Shown: positions 57,801 to 63,810 of the stretch, one piece after another
Position numbering within the stretch: the first letter of the stretch is position 1
How the letters are laid out: every line of letters starts with the position of its first letter
From: Amphiscolops sp. MND2022
Taxonomy: Eukaryota
Direction: 5' to 3'
Length of the DNA: 63,810 nt
Assembly (NCBI GenBank): GCA_964187785.1
Contig: OZ076409.1
Span: forward strand, 7,442,191-7,506,000
Position numbers and translations under genes: made by a program
Notes under the pieces: generated by a model
What the model was told of the DNA's origin: nothing
The model's input: the letters and a program-made list of their open reading frames with translations, nothing else
The model's database searches: none

Positions 57801-58536
57801 AATAAAGAATAAGAATACGGGATAAAAAGGTCTAAAAAGAAGTGAATTGCATGTGGCTTGTGGTGTTAAAGCACGGAATAACTCCTTTGTCATAACTAAC
57901 GGAGTTAGTAGCTCCAACAGAAGGATATATATGCATTAACCAACCAACTAGTTCAATTACATACACAGCAGTTGTTGCATCATACAAGGAGATTCCAGTG
58001 TGACGTAATTTTGTTCAACTCTCTCAACGTTTCAGCTCAAACGTTGCTGCACAAATGCTTTGGCGGCTCGAATATAGCTTTTAGTACTACCAAGTGTCAT
58101 ATGGACACGTTTTCGAAAGCCTTTCTAAAAGCTACTGTCACTTTCAGAAGTTACAACAAAGCATGGAAAATAGCAACTTTCACGAATTTGATCATTATTG
58201 TTCCATGTTTCTTTGAGACGTGCCATTGAATTTTTTTTGAAAGTTTTGGCACTGTTTAACAGTTTTTTCAACATTCATGTTATCAAATCCCTTGCGAGAT
58301 GTTAGAAAAATATGTACATTGCTGGTTTGAAAAATGAAGTCTCTCTTTTTAGTCGGCGCTTTTCCTGAAAAGAGCCGACTATAGTCATGATTTTTCGTCA
58401 GTGTTTTTTTAAAATTTTTCAAGACCTGAAGTGACAAAAAAATTGTACTACCAAAAGTTCTACAAAACTTCAAATTTCACCTGTTGGCCCAGGGAACTAA
58501 ACCAAAAAGGTTTTTCTTTTTTTCCGCGTAACATAC

Positions 58537-60265
58537 TGTCGCAGGCTGCCGCCTGTGACGGAACTAGAATTTCAACAACAGCTGTTGGCCAAGATGTGGC
58601 TCCTGGGACCCTGCCCATTTATTAAAAGTAAACTGAAACTTTTCTTTAAACTTTTTCATTGTTTATGTATCTTGTTGCCTTGTTATTTTAAAAACTACCC
58701 GAAAGGGCCGTACTGGGACATATTCCCTATTACCGAACCAAAAATGTGCTTGTTATTTATTTACAGACAACCTTAATTTTGAATGTTAATTGTATATTAG
58801 TCCGTTAACATAGATTGTGTTGTGCTGTTGTTTTGTAAATGCAATGAAGTATTAATCGGAGATAATAGCAATCAACTTAGAGAAAGTACGGAAACGTGTT
58901 CAAATGGTCCTCTGTACTTTCTTGCTAGCGTCACTTGCGCTCACTCTATTAGCCAATCAGATGCCTTCATTTTGTACGCTTTATTCTCTTTTGCCGATTA
59001 TGGCCTTTGTATAATCTGGACGAGTGTGCTACTAATGCCGTTCAGGCAAACGGTCTAATCCGGCTATTTAGTCTACAATGAACATAGCACTTGTATTTAA
59101 TGCTAATTCCATGTAGTAATATTTATTTAGTAGTAGGCTTTGTTGATCATGAAGTACCAATTTGAAGTGCTATTTAATGCTTTGTTGTGTTATTAACAAA
59201 TAATTGCCCGATTTTGCTCTAGTATAACCCTGTTGCATGAAATTTGATGTTATTGCCTTAACAGGCCTTTTGCCATTGTACTCATGAAAGGTATTTAGAC
59301 TAAACATATTTGTTGTGCTGCCATGTGCTAAAGTATGTGCACTTACATCAACAAATACCTGTTCAATGAAAATATTTTGCCAAATATGTAAAGGATGCTA
59401 GCGGTTGAATGATTGTTCCTTTGATGTATAATATTTGGAATGGATAGCGATAGCGTTCATCCCGTGACCATCAGAAATGCAGTCATATGATATTGTCTTA
59501 GTCAAAGAATGTAAAGAATGAGAGTGTCACTCTTTCGGGGGTATAAATACCCGTGCCTTTGGGAGAGGAGACACTTCTTAATTTGCTCTCTTCTGGAAAG
59601 ACTATCATATTAGTACAAACGGTTTCACTGTTATTTTCGAGATATAATCTAATTCAATTTTATACTCGAAGTTTTCCTTATGCCTACTACAAGAAAACAA
59701 AAGAAAGCTAGAAAGTCCAGAGGACTAGAGATCCTTTCTGATATCGAAAATCTAGATATAATGTTAGGAGGCGATCGTTACAATGGAACTGAAAGAGAAA
59801 GGAGTTTAGACAGTAACTCCGTTAGAAGGAGAGAAAGTATGATGAGTAATAACTTAGACAACGAGGGCGAAAGCCTGTTTTCAAATTGTAGAAATGATGA
59901 ACCTAGGACAAGTGCCGATCTTGGTCAAAACTCAGCTGAAGCAAACTCACTAGCTGAGATAAACAGGTTGTCAAGCGAATTAAACTCTAGAATATCCCGT
60001 GAGATGGATGAAATGATGAATAATGTTGGTACACAGATCCAGAGGGCCATCAATGAGGCTATTAGCAGTCAAGTATTGCCTCAAATACAGAATGTCATAA
60101 TGGCCGGATCAGGTCGAGAGACCAGAAGGGGATGGGAAGTCCCAGTTGAGAGATCGGAAGCAAATGCCGAGGAACAGCGGATTCAAAACACCAAGGCCGA
60201 ATGTAGAAATGAACAACATGATGGATACCGATCAGGTGGACCATCTACCCGTCATGTTCATGACA
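58537..60265 (+). repeat. Element 3 putative 5' LTR (~1729 bp)
   Basis: TGTC...GACA termini; PBS TGGTGACAGGAG at 60266; TATAAA ~59542. The partner LTR is outside the window, so the 5' end is inferred. Confidence 0.65.
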
Positions 60266-61392
60266 TGGTGACAGGAGACAACGAATCTCCACTTCAAGTT
60301 CCCGAGTTTCTCACGGGACGAGTCTCATCGAGAAACCATCTCGACAGGTCCTATGAGGATATTAACCTTGACACGACGATCCCAGCGCAAGAGAGAAATG
60401 CTCCGGCTGCTCAAACTGACCCTATTACTCGACTAGCAGATGTCTTGACAACGATGCAGAATAGGCCGACAGCCCAACAACTCACTATACGCCCAGTCAA
60501 TTCAAACACAATGACTTTTGATGGCAAGAGTGAAAAATTCGAGCTGTTTGAGGACCTGTTCCACACGATGATCAAGATGCAACCGGAAATGACGGAACAG
60601 ATGAAAATAAATCACTTCCACTCACTGCTGAGGAAGAATGCTCTCCAAACCTTCCGGAACATCAGCTCGAGCAATAGACAGACTTTAGAGGACGTATTGG
60701 TAATATTCAGACGAAAATACGTCAAACCCGAATCACAGGCGACTGCCAAACATAAATGGCACCGTCTAGTCTTTGATCCCAACACGATGAAACTGCCAGA
60801 TTTCCTTGAAGAATTAAATCAAGGGGCAGAAAAAGCATTCGGGGATCACGCGCAGAAAATGATTGACAGTTTGCTCTACGCAAAACTGCCATCAAAACTG
60901 AAGCGGTCTGTAAACATGGCCAGACTCGAAAACGGCTCTTATGACGAAATAGTTGCTCATTTAGAGAGAGAGTTAGAACTAAATACCCTTGAGGAATCAG
61001 ACGACCTACCAATGGCCACAATGACCTCCTCGACAACAAAATCCAAGACTCCTCTAACTACTGGGCAAATATCTGATATCACTTGCAACTATTGCAAGGA
61101 GAAGGGCCATATGGTCAAAGACTGTGAAAAATTGAAGAAGAAAAAGGAAAAAGATGCCCAACAAGGCAAACAGACTCAGAAAAAGACGTATCCGGAGTGT
61201 GGCACATGTGGTAAAAAGAACCACCCGGAGGAAAGATGTTGGCAAGGTGCTGGTGCGCATCTTAAACCCAAACGCACCAGACCAGATGACGCTAATGACG
61301 GTAAACCCAATTCAAAGGCGCAGAAACCACAAAACAGGTCAACATCTTCCAACTCACAGGCCTCATCTTCCAATGATGAGTCAAAAAACTAA
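59680..61392 (+). CDS. gag: Element 3 Gag (570 aa)
   Basis: FDGKSEKFELFEDLF; zinc knuckles CNYCKEKGHMVKDC and CGTCGKKNHPEERC; ends at A_AAA_AAC TAA. Confidence 0.92.
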   Translation: MPTTRKQKKARKSRGLEILSDIENLDIMLGGDRYNGTERERSLDSNSVRRRESMMSNNLDNEGESLFSNCRNDEPRTSADLGQNSAEANSLAEINRLSSELNSRISREMDEMMNNVGTQIQRAINEAISSQVLPQIQNVIMAGSGRETRRGWEVPVERSEANAEEQRIQNTKAECRNEQHDGYRSGGPSTRHVHDMVTGDNESPLQVPEFLTGRVSSRNHLDRSYEDINLDTTIPAQERNAPAAQTDPITRLADVLTTMQNRPTAQQLTIRPVNSNTMTFDGKSEKFELFEDLFHTMIKMQPEMTEQMKINHFHSLLRKNALQTFRNISSSNRQTLEDVLVIFRRKYVKPESQATAKHKWHRLVFDPNTMKLPDFLEELNQGAEKAFGDHAQKMIDSLLYAKLPSKLKRSVNMARLENGSYDEIVAHLERELELNTLEESDDLPMATMTSSTTKSKTPLTTGQISDITCNYCKEKGHMVKDCEKLKKKKEKDAQQGKQTQKKTYPECGTCGKKNHPEERCWQGAGAHLKPKRTRPDDANDGKPNSKAQKPQNRSTSSNSQASSSNDESKN

Positions 61393-63810
61393 CTTCGCCA
61401 CGACTCCAATACAACGAACTGATATCCGTCCGACAATACATCAGGTCGGATCCTCCAACGAAAAATTTTCATCAATATACACAACAATTGATGGGCTATC
61501 CCTCTGTTGTCTGGCAGCAACAGATGGACAAAGCAATAACCATCACATATAACAACACACATTTGTTCCAAAAACCAATTCCTGTTTGGGACCCTGATTA
61601 TACTACTACCTTCACTACCCGATTCAGGCCCATTCCCCTGGTTGACAATTACAACCCTACCTACATAGATCCAGACTACGGCAGAGACCCCTATTGGGAC
61701 ACAGAAATCTACAACCAGGAACAACTACAATTCCAATATGTCTTAGACGACATCGAGCACTATAATAGAACGGTCCACGAGAACCCTCCAATCACCCACA
61801 ATAAAAAGACCAGAGCACTAGTTGAAAACTGGCAAATGAATGATGGCACCAACCATCCAGTGTTCCCAAACCCATTGGGGACCGAGACCCATGAAGACGT
61901 TGCTCAACCCATACCACAATCACTAGTAGACGAGAAGCAATTCCAGAATGTCTTAATCACCAGGGACGGTGAACCAGACTGTGTACCATTGTCAACCAAC
62001 ATCAATCTCAATTGCAAAAAACGCATGTTGTACTTCCCCATGGACTTTGGGGAGTTGACCATAGACGGACTTATCGACACTGGAGCGCTGTCCAGTGCAA
62101 TTCCTGAGATGGACCTCCGGAAAATTCGACTCCTATCTCCACAATCTGTTATCCGAGAAAGTCCGCCTCCAAATTTCCAAATCATGGTTGCTAATGGGCA
62201 ATTGGAAACTCCTAAGAGTATCATAGAGCTCAAATTTGAAGTTGGTGACATTGAGTTTCATGAGATTTTTATAGTCATGGAACACCTGACAGGTCCGATT
62301 ATCGGCCTAATGTTCCTTCAACGAAACCATACAGTTCTGGACATGAGACAAGGAATACTGAATTTCCCGTTCTTCTCAATGCAGCTCAAAACAGCTGACC
62401 ATAAATACTCAAATGTATTAGAACCAATTCTCAGTCCCATTGAGATAACAATTCCGCCACATGATAGAGTCCTAATTAGGACCAATTCCCTACTGTACCC
62501 TGAGAATGCTGTCACTGGAATTTTGCAACCGAGCGACCTTCTACATGAAGAAGGCGACATCACATTTTGCCCAGCTTTGGTCACTCTGAATGATGGCAAC
62601 ATATTGATACCAGTGAACAACTTCACAGACCACCCCTATAAACTCAAAAAGGGACTTCATATTGCCAATTTCTCTGTTATGACGCCAGAACAAGTGAAGT
62701 ATGTCAAACCGGTAGACCCGGCATCAACCTGGCATCTTTTACAAAATGACCAAGAGCAGGCAGCCCACTATGTCAGCAGTCTCATCAAAACTAATAGAAA
62801 TCCACAAAACTCCGAAAAATACTGGTTCCCGACTCCAGAAAATCCTGGAAATCCTGAGGAACATACGCCCATACAAAAACGAATCCTCCAAGAATTACAG
62901 GCTTTACAGGTCCTGGAGACACTTGACCCTACTAAAGATGACGAATCACGTGCAAAATTCCTAGAAAACTTTGACTGGAAGGATTCCACCCTTACTCCTG
63001 AAGAGAAGGAGAAAATTGAGGAAGTGTTAGTGGAATTCCATGACATCTTTGCACGACACCGATTTGATATAGGCATGAACGAGGATTTCAAGGTGAAACT
63101 GACGCCTAAGGACGATTCCCCAGCCTATAGTCAAAACCTCCCAGCTCCTATCAATTTGAAGGAGGACATCCTAGTCGAATTAGCCATGTTACACAAATAT
63201 GGCATAATAACTACACTGCCATTTTCGAAATACGCAAGTCCAATATTCGCACAAAAGAAACCGAATGGGAAACTCCGACTCTTGGTTGACTTGAGAAAAA
63301 TCAACAACCTCATCTCGGATGATTACATCAACAATAATCACCCCGTCAGCACACTAGTTGATGCTGCCCAACACTTAGCAGGCAAAAAACTGTTCTGTAA
63401 ATTAGACTGTTCGCAGGCATACCACTGCCTACCAATGGCCGACCAACGCTCAATCGAAATGTTAGCTTTCAATTTTGCCAGTCGCACATTCGCCTACAGA
63501 CGTTTGGCACAAGGCCTTAGGCGGTCACTATCCGCATTCTCAAGTTTCATGAGGGAATACCCCGACAAAGTCATCAAAGCGGATCAGTGTGCCCAGTATG
63601 TGGACGATATCGGCATCGCAGCCACTGATGTTGACCACCTCATGACGAACCTGAGAGCTACATTCAAATGCATTCAGGAAGCAGGCCTTAAGTTAACAAT
63701 GCACAAATGTCATTTCGGTGCAAAAGAAATCGATTTTCTCGGACGGACTATTACCCCACAAGGCGTCAAACCCCAGAAACAGAATGTGCAAAATTTTCTG
63801 GAAAAAGACC
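61386..63810 (+). CDS. pol: Element 3 Pol (partial; -1 frame, runs off the window, absent from the ORF track)
   Basis: The same frame carries IDTGA protease (~62075) and QYVDDIGIA RT (~63594). Confidence 0.9.

Larger units (their letters stand above)
58537..63810 (+). mobile_element. Element 3: Ty3/Gypsy LTR retrotransposon related to element 2, truncated by the window end
   Basis: Interrupts a family A repeat (58345-58536); LTR, PBS, gag and pol are homologous to element 2. Confidence 0.9.

Noticed and set aside
1..63810. Naming the host species
   Set aside because: No marker gene in the window; only an animal-like genome can be supported.

Overview
AT-rich eukaryotic (animal-like) genomic DNA made almost entirely of transposons; no prokaryotic operons, rRNA or CRISPR. 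Three Ty3/Gypsy-type LTR retrotransposons lie on the + strand. Element 1 (3505-21569, 18 kb; 419-bp LTRs identical by eye, ATAC target duplication) is virus-like: two small hydrophobic leader ORFs, a single 2731-aa gag-pol, an ATG-less ~418-codon ORF, a chuvirus-G/gB-type (class III) env, and two orphan ORFs. Its 5' leader holds six copies of a covarying bulged RNA helix, one of them circularly permuted. Element 2 (27794-43977; 2.26-kb LTRs, GGTAA duplication) starts gag inside its LTR and uses a -1 frameshift into pol. Between pol and the 3' LTR it carries an antisense six-exon, five-intron gene predicted to encode a ~1070-aa BED-finger/degenerate hAT-transposase-like protein, plus a divergent sense ORF. 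Element 3 (58537 to window end) is a relative of element 2 cut by the window edge. The flanks hold DINE-1/HINE-like Helentron repeats, several MITEs, a 240-bp palindrome, and three minus-strand exons that probably belong to one host 7-TM receptor gene whose ~43-kb intron contains elements 1 and 2. All family assignments rest on motif recognition by eye; no database searches were run.
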